Below, one piece after another: positions 8,138 through 15,914 of a DNA stretch of 64,000 nucleotides (position 1 is the stretch's first letter; each line of letters opens with the position of its first letter). The notes under the pieces were generated by a model. It was not told where the DNA came from. It was given only the letters and a program-made list of their open reading frames with translations, and did not search any database. The stretch comes from Eubacteriales bacterium. GTDB lineage: Bacteria > Bacillota > Clostridia > Oscillospirales > CAG-272. A program made the translations under genes and the position numbers. The stretch is from assembly GCA_045127455.1 (NCBI GenBank), contig JBGVQK010000077.1, positions 2,370-66,369 on the forward strand, given 5' to 3'.

Positions 8138-8730
8138 TTATTCTCCCCCGCGAGCTTACCTTCCATCAGGAATGCGGCTTCCATATCGGCGCAGCAGGTG
8201 GCATACGCCAGAGGGAACATTTCAAGTGCACGACCTACGTTGCCGGGGTCCTCGGTGCCCGAAAATCCCATGTGATAGCGAATAGCAAACGCCTCGTCGC
8301 GCGTCAAGCGCATATAAGCGGAAACGATGTAAGCGGATTTTTCACCGTGACCGTAAGGGAGTGTATCCTCAATGGTATAATACGGCACGCTTTGCCATCT
8401 GCCGGTCTCATCCTTAACGTTGCGATAGCTTGTCTTATAGAAATTGACCTTGCAAACGTCGTGCAAAAGAGCGGCAATTGCAATGCTCTCTTCGGGGTAT
8501 TCGATGCCGTAAACCTCTTTCATGCGGGGGCGATCCATCATATCCTTGAGGCAATCATAGACGTTGAGACTGTGCTCAACAAGTCCGCCCTCGTGTGCAC
8601 CGTGATAGCGCGTGCTTGCAGGCGCGGTGAAAAAATCGCTGCCGTTGAGCAAAAAATCAAGCAGCTTGTCCGCGCCCTCGCGGGTGATATTTTGATTGTA
8701 AATTTCAATAAAGCGTTCCTTTGCGGTCAT
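8134..8730 (-). CDS. HD-domain phosphohydrolase resembling the HD module of 3'-5' exoribonuclease YhaM
   Basis: Motifs STRYHGAHEGGLVEHSL ... ALLHDVCK. No OB-fold N-terminus. Confidence 0.7.
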   Translation of the reverse strand: MTAKERFIEIYNQNITREGADKLLDFLLNGSDFFTAPASTRYHGAHEGGLVEHSLNVYDCLKDMMDRPRMKEVYGIEYPEESIAIAALLHDVCKVNFYKTSYRNVKDETGRWQSVPYYTIEDTLPYGHGEKSAYIVSAYMRLTRDEAFAIRYHMGFSGTEDPGNVGRALEMFPLAYATCCADMEAAFLMEGKLAGENK

Positions 8731-8773
8731 AAAAAGATACCTCTCTTTATAATAAATTATAATTCTTCACTTT

Positions 8774-8802
8774 ATTGTAACACGCCCGCGCAAAAAAGTA
8801 AA
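8774..8802 (-). promoter_or_regulatory. Sigma-A type promoter of the HD/membrane/NUDIX operon (cassette copy 1)
   Basis: Minus strand reads TTTACT-17 nt-TACAAT, with TGT giving an extended -10. Confidence 0.55.
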
Positions 8803-8945
8803 GATGTTTTCTGTCTTTTTTGAAAATTTTTCATTGGGTTTACAGAAACCGTTTCGATGAAAGGAATAACAAGCACCACAAATTAAGACAAGCGAGCTGC
8901 GCTCGCTCGCTTTTTACGGTTATATAGCCCAGCAAAACCACTGTA

Positions 8946-9211
8946 TGTCATTCTGAGCGGAGAAAAACGCTTGCGTTTTGCGTAGTCGAAGTTTTGCGAA
9001 GTGAATAACGGAGCAAAACCAAGGAGCGATAGCGACGAAGGGATATGGCACCGAGTTTGGGTGGCTTTTGAATCGATGTAACATCCCGTTAACAAGCCAC
9101 CAAAATTTTAAGCCATATCCCGCCGCGGCTACGCCTTGCGCTTCCGCTCGTTCGCTTCGCTCAACCCGCGGAAGTTCGACTACGAGCTTCGCTCTCCGCT
9201 CAGAATGACAG
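8946..9211. repeat. About 265-bp imperfect palindromic element with 17-bp perfect terminal inverted repeats
   Basis: TGTCATTCTGAGCGGAG (8946-8962) pairs with CTCCGCTCAGAATGACA (9195-9211). The arms also share CGTAGTCGAA, GCGAAG, GGGATATGGC and GGTGGCTT blocks in inverted order. Confidence 0.8.
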
Positions 9212-9314
9212 GTTGTTTTTTTATACACCTTTAGCGTTAATAGAACTTTCCCGACGCCCCGCTGCTAAAAATTTTAGAAAACGAAAAGCGGATAAACAGT
9301 AGTAACCCTCTTGC

Positions 9315-9350
9315 AAAAAATCAAACCGCCCGCCAAAATGGCGGGCGGGA
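9315..9350 (-). terminator. Intrinsic terminator of the 118-aa gene
   Basis: Minus strand reads CCGCCCGCC-ATTTT-GGCGGGCGG followed by TTTGATTTTTTG. Confidence 0.8.
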
Positions 9351-9369
9351 TATTTGAAACACTATTCGA

Positions 9370-9726
9370 TTACCATTCTCTCCACTCTTCTGTAATATCG
9401 TCCTCGGGATCGACCAAGCCGCACGCGACGGCAGAGGTTTGAATGATCTCCCAGATCGCTTCTCTTTCCTCGGTTTCCAAGAAGCAGTAATCGGTCTTCT
9501 CGTTTAGCTTGTTGAGAGACAGAACAAGTTTTTTAACGTGCTTCATAATCTCTGCGTTTGTTGGGGCTTTGATTTTTTCAAGAGCGGACAAATATTCTAA
9601 AATCAAAGCTTCACACTTTGCAACGTGCTTTTGCGTAAAGCCGCAATCGTCATACTCGTTCATAAATTCTGTCATAGGAGCAATCACGGTTTCTTGCAGT
9701 TGGTTTTTGTAAATTTGAATGTCCAT
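9370..9726 (-). CDS. Hypothetical acidic 118-aa protein
   Basis: ORF with RBS AAGGAAGG, its own promoter and its own terminator. No motif recognised. More A+T-rich than its surroundings. Confidence 0.55.
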   Translation of the reverse strand: MDIQIYKNQLQETVIAPMTEFMNEYDDCGFTQKHVAKCEALILEYLSALEKIKAPTNAEIMKHVKKLVLSLNKLNEKTDYCFLETEEREAIWEIIQTSAVACGLVDPEDDITEEWREW

Positions 9727-9757
9727 AGATTAAAACCTTCCTTTTTCTCTTTTCTTC

Positions 9758-9786
9758 ATTGTAACACGCCCGTGCGAAAAAGTAAA
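9758..9786 (-). promoter_or_regulatory. Sigma-A type promoter (cassette copy 2)
   Basis: Minus strand reads TTTACT-17 nt-TACAAT. About 60 nt are near-identical to the 8773-8832 cassette. Confidence 0.55.
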
Positions 9787-9963
9787 GGTGTTTTGATACT
9801 TTTTTGAAAAAAATTCAAAGATAAACGCCGAGTGCGAACTACTTATAGGCCTCCCTCCGGGAGGGAGGGGGACCACGATAGTGGTGGAAGGAGAACGCGG
9901 CATTGGCGTTTAGAACTCGCCCACCGAAATCGGCGGGCGGGGTATATTTCAATTATGTGGGTA

Positions 9964-10506
9964 TTATAACCGTTCTTTTTTCTCCTTTAGGGAATCTCTT
10001 ATTTTTTGAACTTGAATTTCCTTTTGTTCTGCCATTTTAACAACATACCACGCGTTTTCCATTTCTGTGTTAAAATCTATTACCCATTTGCCACTCATAT
10101 CGTATAGACAAATGGCAACCATTTTCTCATTGGTTTTTTCCAATACTCTTACGCAAGAAACATCAGACCATTGTATTCTCTTTTTGAAAAACCAAAGAGA
10201 CATTCTCAAAACTTCAATTTCATCAACAACGCATTTATAGGAAAAAGCTTCAACGGCAAACAGCAAAATTGATGTGCCTAACACTGCAAAAATCAAAAAC
10301 AGATACCGTGTTTCGTGCTCGATAAATATCCAAAGCAGTGCAAAAACAGCAACCCAAATCAATGAGGCGCAAATGTTCGCGAGTGTTTTTTTGCGAGGAT
10401 GCTGAATTAAAAAAGCCTCTTTGTATTCTATTTCGGGCATCTCTTCGGGTGCCTCTTTTGCCAAACCGAAAAGTGCTTCCATTACCAACTCAATAAAATG
10501 TCCCAC
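9964..10506 (-). CDS. Hypothetical membrane protein (2-3 TM helices plus a C-terminal soluble domain)
   Basis: Start reassigned to GTG 10506, preceded by AAAGGAGGA at 8-nt spacing. The ATG at 10530 has no RBS. No family motif recognised. Confidence 0.5.
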   Translation of the reverse strand: MGHFIELVMEALFGLAKEAPEEMPEIEYKEAFLIQHPRKKTLANICASLIWVAVFALLWIFIEHETRYLFLIFAVLGTSILLFAVEAFSYKCVVDEIEVLRMSLWFFKKRIQWSDVSCVRVLEKTNEKMVAICLYDMSGKWVIDFNTEMENAWYVVKMAEQKEIQVQKIRDSLKEKKERL

Positions 10507-10549
10507 GATACAGATCCTCCTTTGACACATTCATAAAAGCGTTTTTTTC

Positions 10550-10578
10550 ATTATACCACACCCCGTACCAAAAAGCAA
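10550..10578 (-). promoter_or_regulatory. Sigma-A type promoter (cassette-related copy 3)
   Basis: Minus strand reads TTGCTT-17 nt-TATAAT, with the same GGGGTGTGG-type GC-rich spacer. Confidence 0.5.
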
Positions 10579-10696
10579 GAGAAAAACGATTGCTTTTTGG
10601 CGCACGCTAATTCGTTTGTTTTTCGGGGCATCGAGGGCGCCGTCCCCTACCATAAAATCTTATTATTCACTGTAGGGGCAACCGATAACTCTACAT

Positions 10697-10741
10697 TCTG
10701 CACTTTTTTGCTCTGTGCTTTTCCACTCTGCACTTTTATCC
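10697..10741 (+). repeat. Three tandem 15-nt direct repeats
   Basis: Units are TCTGCACTTTTTTGC / TCTGTGCTTTTCCAC / TCTGCACTTTTATCC, about 110-150 nt upstream of pyk. Confidence 0.85.
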
Positions 10742-10848
10742 GTTGTTCCCCCTCTTTTTTTTAAAACTTTCGAATTGTACACAGTTTAGAAACAAATTCG
10801 TGGTAGGATATAGAATGAAAAATTATGTAGAAAGAGGAATCGACGATA

Positions 10849-12270
10849 ATGAGAAAAACCAAAATCGTTTGCACGCTTGGCCCCGCTTGCCTCAAGGAAG
10901 ATATTTTGCAGGAAATGCTGCAAAACGGCATGAACGTGGCTCGTTTTAACTTTTCGCACGGAACACACGAATATCATAAAAACGCAATTGCTATGCTGCG
11001 CCGCGTGCGCGACCGCTTGAACCTGCCTGTGTCGGTTCTGCTTGACACCAAGGGCCCCGAAATTCGCCTGCGTGATTTTGAGGGCGGCAAGGTCACGCTT
11101 AAGGTGGGCGACACCTTTACCCTGACCACCACCGATTGCATGGGCGACGCTTCTCGCGCGGCGATCACCTACCCCGATCTGCCCCGTCAGCTCTATGCGG
11201 GCGTTCGTATTCTTTTGGACGACGGCAAGGTTGCGCTGACCGTTTTGGAAACCAACGAGACCGACATTCGCTGCCGCGTAGACGTAGGCGGCCCGCTCTC
11301 CAACCACAAGAGCATCAATATTCCCAATTTTCACATCGATATGCCCTATCTCAGCGAGCAGGACAAGGCCGATCTTATTTTTGGAATTGAGCAGGACGTT
11401 GACTTTATTGCCGCATCCTTTGTTCGCTGTAAAGAGGACGTAATTGGGCTGCGCAAGTTCCTCGACTACCACGGCGGACACAATATTAAGATCATCTCCA
11501 AAATTGAAAACATTGAGGGCGTGAACAATTTTGATGCCATTTTGCGTCACTGCGACGGCATTATGGTGGCGCGTGGAGATATGGGCGTTGAGGTTGAATT
11601 TGAACGCCTGCCCGGACTCCAAAAGAGATTTATTCGCAAGTGCTACCAATCGGGTAAAATGGTTATTACCGCGACGCAAATGCTCGAGTCTATGATCCAT
11701 TCTTCCACGCCCACGCGTGCCGAGATTACCGACGTTGCAAACGCCGTTTTTGACGGTACGTCTGCCGTTATGCTTTCGGGCGAGACCGCCGCAGGCGACC
11801 ACCCTGCCCTTGTTGTTAAGGTTATGGCACAGATCGCCGAGCAAGCCGAACAGGATGCCTTTGATATGGATATGTATAGCGGCATCAAATATGACTCCGA
11901 TATTACCGACGTAACCAACGCCATTTGCGATGCCGCCGCGACCACCGCGCGCGACGTTGGTGCAAAGGTGATTATTGCGGTCACCACCTCGGGACTGACA
12001 GCAAGACGCGTATCAAAATTCCGCCCGCAGCAAATGATCGTTGCCGCAACCCCCGAGATCAAAACCTTCCACCAGCTCTCCCTTTCTTGGGGTGTCGTTC
12101 CCGTTCTGGCACTTCACCAAAACAACACCGATGCACTCTTTACCCACGCCATTGACTGTGCAAAACAAAACGACTTGGTTGTTCGTGGCGATAAAGCCGT
12201 TATTACTGCAGGTGTTCCCCTTGGCATTGAGGGTACGACCAATTTGCTAAAAGTACAGATCGTACAGTAA
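10849..12270 (+). CDS. pyk: Pyruvate kinase
   Basis: Motifs MRKTKIVCTLGPA, NFSHG, MVARGDMGVE, TQMLESM. Length 473 aa. Confidence 0.95.
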   Translation: MRKTKIVCTLGPACLKEDILQEMLQNGMNVARFNFSHGTHEYHKNAIAMLRRVRDRLNLPVSVLLDTKGPEIRLRDFEGGKVTLKVGDTFTLTTTDCMGDASRAAITYPDLPRQLYAGVRILLDDGKVALTVLETNETDIRCRVDVGGPLSNHKSINIPNFHIDMPYLSEQDKADLIFGIEQDVDFIAASFVRCKEDVIGLRKFLDYHGGHNIKIISKIENIEGVNNFDAILRHCDGIMVARGDMGVEVEFERLPGLQKRFIRKCYQSGKMVITATQMLESMIHSSTPTRAEITDVANAVFDGTSAVMLSGETAAGDHPALVVKVMAQIAEQAEQDAFDMDMYSGIKYDSDITDVTNAICDAAATTARDVGAKVIIAVTTSGLTARRVSKFRPQQMIVAATPEIKTFHQLSLSWGVVPVLALHQNNTDALFTHAIDCAKQNDLVVRGDKAVITAGVPLGIEGTTNLLKVQIVQ

Positions 12271-12275
12271 ATATC

Positions 12276-12309
12276 AAAAAAGACGATTGATTTCTCAATC
12301 GTCTTTTTT
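12276..12309. terminator. Bidirectional intrinsic terminator shared by pyk and the convergent PstS-like gene
   Basis: AAAAAAGACGATTGA-TTTC-TCAATCGTCTTTTTT. The 3' arm overlaps the last codons of the minus-strand gene. Confidence 0.8.
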
Positions 12310-13464
12310 CATGCCTACGTAGCCGTTTTTTTCAATGATGTACTGCCCCTCATCGGAAAGTATCCATTCAACAAGGCGTGCCACGTTGGGGTTTGGGTTG
12401 TTCTCATACGTTACAGCATAAACGGGAGTCACAATGGGATAAGTGTTATTTCGAATATTCTCTGCCGTAGGCGCAACACCCTCAACGGCAATCATTTTGA
12501 CCTCTGGGTTTTGCACGATGCCTTCGAGATAATAGCGGAAGGAATATCCGATAGAGCCTGCACGACTTTGATAGTCGACCACCTCTTCCACAACGGCACC
12601 CATGCCTTGAATGACCTTTGTTTCGGCTTGCATCAAGAGCGTGTCACCCATAAAACGGATCATCATGCTTTGGCTACCGCTATTGTTGTCACGTTGGAAC
12701 GGAATGATCTCCTCATCACTGCCGCCAACCTGACTCCAGTTTGTGATCTCACCTGAATAGATGCCCTTGATCTGCTCGGTGGTCAGGGAGTTGATGGGAT
12801 TATCTTTGTGAACGAAGAACACAAACGCTTCCCAACCAATTTGCGTGTAAACGAATTCTGTGTTGCACTTTTCGGCATAGGTGATTTGATCCTTTGAGGG
12901 ATATGCGCCAATAAAAATATCGGTGTTCTTTTTGGCAAGCTCAATATAGCCACCAACCGTGTTGTTATATTGGAACACATTGCCCCACAGCTCAGTCTCC
13001 TTTGTGTTGGGATACACCGCATTAATGAATGCCGAATATACGGGGAACGCCGCCGATGCACCGTCAATGCGCGGCAGTTCGTCATCCTCACTAAATTTGA
13101 GCGTTTTGCTATCAATCTTTACAATTTTAGAGTTTTCATCAAAGGGGAGATACTCATACACGTTGATGTTGGGCGCAACGTCAATGGTGATGCTTCTTTC
13201 ATACTCCGCAATGCCCCATTGCACACCGCAGCAAACAAGAACTGCCAAAAACAAGCAGACGTAAGTAATGAGATAGGGCTTTTTTCTCTTGATCCAAATA
13301 GCGGGAATGACAAACGGGAAAAAACAGAGTAAAATGCCCCATTGCGGCGCACCGAACGCAAACAGCACCAATGCAAACAATAATACCCACGGCGTTGCAA
13401 TGCAGATGGCTACGGTGAGCAGAATTTTGATGACCTTTTTAAACGTGCTCGATTTGGTTGACAT
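12295..13464 (-). CDS. Membrane-anchored PstS-family (PBP type 2) substrate-binding protein
   Basis: Three N-terminal hydrophobic helices. Then GASAAFPVY..., LTTEQIKGIYSGEITNWSQVGGSDEEI and RDNNSGSQ, which are typical of the phosphate-binding PBP_like_2 fold. No pstCAB genes are adjacent. Confidence 0.6.
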   Translation of the reverse strand: MSTKSSTFKKVIKILLTVAICIATPWVLLFALVLFAFGAPQWGILLCFFPFVIPAIWIKRKKPYLITYVCLFLAVLVCCGVQWGIAEYERSITIDVAPNINVYEYLPFDENSKIVKIDSKTLKFSEDDELPRIDGASAAFPVYSAFINAVYPNTKETELWGNVFQYNNTVGGYIELAKKNTDIFIGAYPSKDQITYAEKCNTEFVYTQIGWEAFVFFVHKDNPINSLTTEQIKGIYSGEITNWSQVGGSDEEIIPFQRDNNSGSQSMMIRFMGDTLLMQAETKVIQGMGAVVEEVVDYQSRAGSIGYSFRYYLEGIVQNPEVKMIAVEGVAPTAENIRNNTYPIVTPVYAVTYENNPNPNVARLVEWILSDEGQYIIEKNGYVGMKKDD

Positions 13465-13515
13465 AGCAAGGCTCCTTTCTGGGTATGAAATGAGTATGAA
13501 TAGAAACGTAAAAAT

Positions 13516-13932
13516 TTAGAAAATATCGTGCTTTCCTTCCATAGCAAACAAATTGCCAAAGCTGATCTTTTTAAAAAGCCCGACCTTATAGGGCTCGCCA
13601 ACGATCACCGAATAATTGTCCTTGTGCTCCAAGCTGACAATAATGGCGTCGATCGCTTTTCCGTCTGCAGAATTCACACCTGCATTCCAAACAATTCCAC
13701 TGGCTTTGATCTTCCCCTCGACTGCCAGCTTCTTGTGAATCTGCTTCAAATCCTCAAGAACGGCTTTCGATTCGGGATGCTCGTTTTCATCGTAGCTCGC
13801 AGTCAGCTCTACGGTGTCGTCCTCTAAAAGGACTGCTGCAAACGGATAAAACTCGCGGTACTTTTTCATTTGCTGCTCTGCGAATGGGAGCAATTTTTCA
13901 AGCAATATTTCGCATTGTTCTTTCGGTGTCAT
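13516..13932 (-). CDS. Hypothetical 138-aa protein
   Basis: Start set at MTPKEQ, preceded by AAAGGAGA at 7-nt spacing. No motif recognised. Confidence 0.5.
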   Translation of the reverse strand: MTPKEQCEILLEKLLPFAEQQMKKYREFYPFAAVLLEDDTVELTASYDENEHPESKAVLEDLKQIHKKLAVEGKIKASGIVWNAGVNSADGKAIDAIIVSLEHKDNYSVIVGEPYKVGLFKKISFGNLFAMEGKHDIF

Positions 13933-13975
13933 AGTGGTGTCTCCTTTTGAATCCTTTGTAATTGAATAAATCAAT

Positions 13976-14458
13976 TCAAATCAAGTTACTTGTTAATACA
14001 TCATAAATATTGAGCAAAAATGCGTCCTCATAATTTTCCTTTTGCCAAACGGCAAGTTGCTCTATTATTTCGTAGTCCTTTTTTACAGCATATTTTTTGC
14101 CGTTAGCGATTCTCTTTAGCAGACCTTTGTAGAAAGGCCAATATAGCCTTAAATCATTTGCTACTTTTTGATTGGTATTCAAATATTCATCAATCACATT
14201 CAAAATAAGCCGAGCCTGTTCTCTATAAAAATCGGTAACCGCTAATTCCTCTTTGCTTACTTTTTTTATGCCCTTATTTTCCTTTATGATAACAACGATT
14301 GTAAAAACAAAATATATCAGAGCACCTATAATAATGACCAACCAATTCCACAATTTGAAACCGTTTTCAAGCCCGTATACTATGGCAAAGGACAACGCAA
14401 TAATTTCCAAGATGCACAGAATTACGACCTTTTTTATATACTTCTCTAAATGGTTCAT
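13976..14458 (-). CDS. Hypothetical 160-aa membrane protein (2 TM)
   Basis: A+T-rich ORF with a GAGG RBS and the promoter at 14521-14549. No motif recognised. Confidence 0.5.
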   Translation of the reverse strand: MNHLEKYIKKVVILCILEIIALSFAIVYGLENGFKLWNWLVIIIGALIYFVFTIVVIIKENKGIKKVSKEELAVTDFYREQARLILNVIDEYLNTNQKVANDLRLYWPFYKGLLKRIANGKKYAVKKDYEIIEQLAVWQKENYEDAFLLNIYDVLTSNLI

Positions 14459-14520
14459 AATACAACCTCACATACTTGATTTTTCTGTTTTGATAGAAGT
14501 GCTTTCTCTTTCTTAATTTT

Positions 14521-14549
14521 ATTATAGCATACAACAGACTGTTTTGCAA
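14521..14549 (-). promoter_or_regulatory. Consensus sigma-A promoter
   Basis: Minus strand reads TTGCAA-17 nt-TATAAT with TGC giving an extended -10. Confidence 0.65.
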
Positions 14550-14561
14550 GCAAAATCATTT

Positions 14562-15446
14562 TTACCCCATCAGAGTCCAGGTGTTCTCCTCGGAGTATTC
14601 GAGCTCTTCGGAAATGATGCTTGCCAAGGTAGCAATCTCTTGCAAGGATCTTGCCCCTCGCTCAGCTATCAGCGATGCAAACAGTCGCTCGCAAAACAGG
14701 CAAAAAGATAGGCGCGTGCAAAATTCCGCTTCGTGAATAGACTCGGTGCAATGACGGTAAACGAAATACGCCAAAAAGCGTTTTAAATATTCGTCCGCTT
14801 CCCCACTCGCGGGGCGACGAGCCGATGTGTAACACATAAACAATTCCTTGTGGGAGGCATCAAGGTATTCCAGCGACACCAAGGTTTTTAACCATTGCTC
14901 ATCCTCGCCCGCGTCGATAGAATACGCACGGTAGATGTTTTCGAGCGCGGTTGTGTAATCATTTTCTTCGAGCATTGCATACAGCTCACCTCGCGCGGCG
15001 CATCCGTCAAACGGAACGTCGTCGGTAAAGTCGGCAACCGTCCCCACCTCTTCCATTTGCGCAAAGTCGGCAGAGGAAAGAATGAGCCTTGCAGCCTCGG
15101 GGCAGGACATTCCCACGCCAACCTCTGCAACGTTTGTATAATTATAAAACCTTGGATGCTCGCGGCAAATATCGCAGAGATAATCCTCGCCTACACCAAG
15201 AATAATTTTGCAAAGCCCACGCTCGTCAAGATGTGGGCATCGCTCACCCTCGCAAAGCCGAAAGTGCGGCGTATCTTCCATAGAAATACTCTCTTTAATG
15301 GCAGCCCCGTAGCCGCTTTTCAGCTGCTTGTATTTTTGGAGTGTGTTGTCGTCAATATCAATTTCCCATCCAATGCAGCAGCTGTGCTCGCACTTATCTG
15401 CTATGCATCGAAATTTTTTGTAATATGTAGGAGCGTAAAGTTTCAT
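14562..15446 (-). CDS. FliB-like lysine-N-methylase family / Cys-rich YkgJ-type domain protein
   Basis: Start moved to MKLYAPTYYKKFRCIADKCEHSCCIGWEIDID. This is the KFxCxxxxCxxxCC opening typical of the flagellin lysine methylase family. No flagellar genes nearby. Confidence 0.55.
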   Translation of the reverse strand: MKLYAPTYYKKFRCIADKCEHSCCIGWEIDIDDNTLQKYKQLKSGYGAAIKESISMEDTPHFRLCEGERCPHLDERGLCKIILGVGEDYLCDICREHPRFYNYTNVAEVGVGMSCPEAARLILSSADFAQMEEVGTVADFTDDVPFDGCAARGELYAMLEENDYTTALENIYRAYSIDAGEDEQWLKTLVSLEYLDASHKELFMCYTSARRPASGEADEYLKRFLAYFVYRHCTESIHEAEFCTRLSFCLFCERLFASLIAERGARSLQEIATLASIISEELEYSEENTWTLMG

Positions 15447-15482
15447 AGGGTTTCCTTTTGATGTGATAAAAATTCTGATTGT

Positions 15483-15511
15483 ATTATAGCACAAATGCAA
15501 AAGGATTGCAA
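15483..15511 (-). promoter_or_regulatory. Consensus sigma-A promoter of the FliB-like gene
   Basis: Minus strand reads TTGCAA-17 nt-TATAAT with a TGC extended -10. Confidence 0.65.
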
Positions 15512-15643
15512 GGGGCTCTTTGCAAAAGGACTCTGAACCAAGCCTCGTTCGCCTGCGGCTCTCTCGTCGCAAATTTGCTTTGCAAATTCGCCACGGCTCG
15601 GCTTTGCCTCGCGCGCGATTTTTCAAAACATTCTGCCCCTGCC

Positions 15644-15677
15644 AAAAGAAAAGGGAACGCGATTGCGTTCCCTTTTC
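15644..15677 (-). terminator. Intrinsic terminator after tRNA-Trp
   Basis: Minus strand reads GGGAACGC-AATC-GCGTTCCC followed by TTTTCTTTT. Confidence 0.8.
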
Positions 15678-15680
15678 TAT

Positions 15681-15756
15681 TGGCAGGGGCAGAAGGACTC
15701 GAACCCACGACCCATGGTTTTGGAGACCAGTACTCTACCAACTGAGCTATACCCCT
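15681..15756 (-). tRNA. trnW: tRNA-Trp (anticodon CCA), CCA-3' encoded
   Basis: Hand fold of AGGGGTATAGCTCAGTTGGTAGAGTACTGGTCTCCAAAACCATGGGTCGTGGGTTCGAGTCCTTCTGCCCCTGCCA. It has a 7-bp acceptor stem, anticodon loop CTCCAAA and T-loop TTCGAGT. There is one T-T mismatch at position 50:64 in the T stem. Confidence 0.9.
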
Positions 15757-15782
15757 GTGTGCAGTTTTCTGCAACGCTCAAT

Positions 15783-15811
15783 ATTATATCATAGATTTGA
15801 GCAAATTGCAA
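15783..15811 (-). promoter_or_regulatory. Consensus sigma-A promoter of tRNA-Trp
   Basis: Minus strand reads TTGCAA-17 nt-TATAAT, about 25 nt upstream of the mature 5' end. Confidence 0.65.
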
Positions 15812-15842
15812 GCCCTTTTGCAAAAAAAGATAAAGTTTTTTC

Positions 15843-15885
15843 AAAAAAAGAAATTCGACTCTCGTTGAGCCGAATTTCTTTTTTG
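15843..15885. terminator. Bidirectional intrinsic terminator
   Basis: AAAAAAGAAATTCG(A)CTC-TCGTT-GAG(C)CGAATTTCTTTTTT, downstream of the 232-aa membrane gene. Confidence 0.75.
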
Positions 15886-15914
15886 CGTGTTGCTTTTGTT
15901 CTGCGCAAATCGCA

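Noticed and set aside
8883-9228. ORFs 8883-9095 and 8920-9228 (-) inside the palindromic element.
   Set aside because: They have no ribosome-binding site and their composition is dictated by the inverted repeat. The '...FFSAQNDIQ...' type peptides are a known artefact of this repeat motif.
15566-15594. Hairpin GTCGCAAATTTGC-TTT-GCAAATTCGCCAC between the FliB-like promoter and the tRNA-Trp terminator.
   Set aside because: It has two mismatches, no flanking U-tract and no obvious associated gene. It is too weak to call as a regulatory element.
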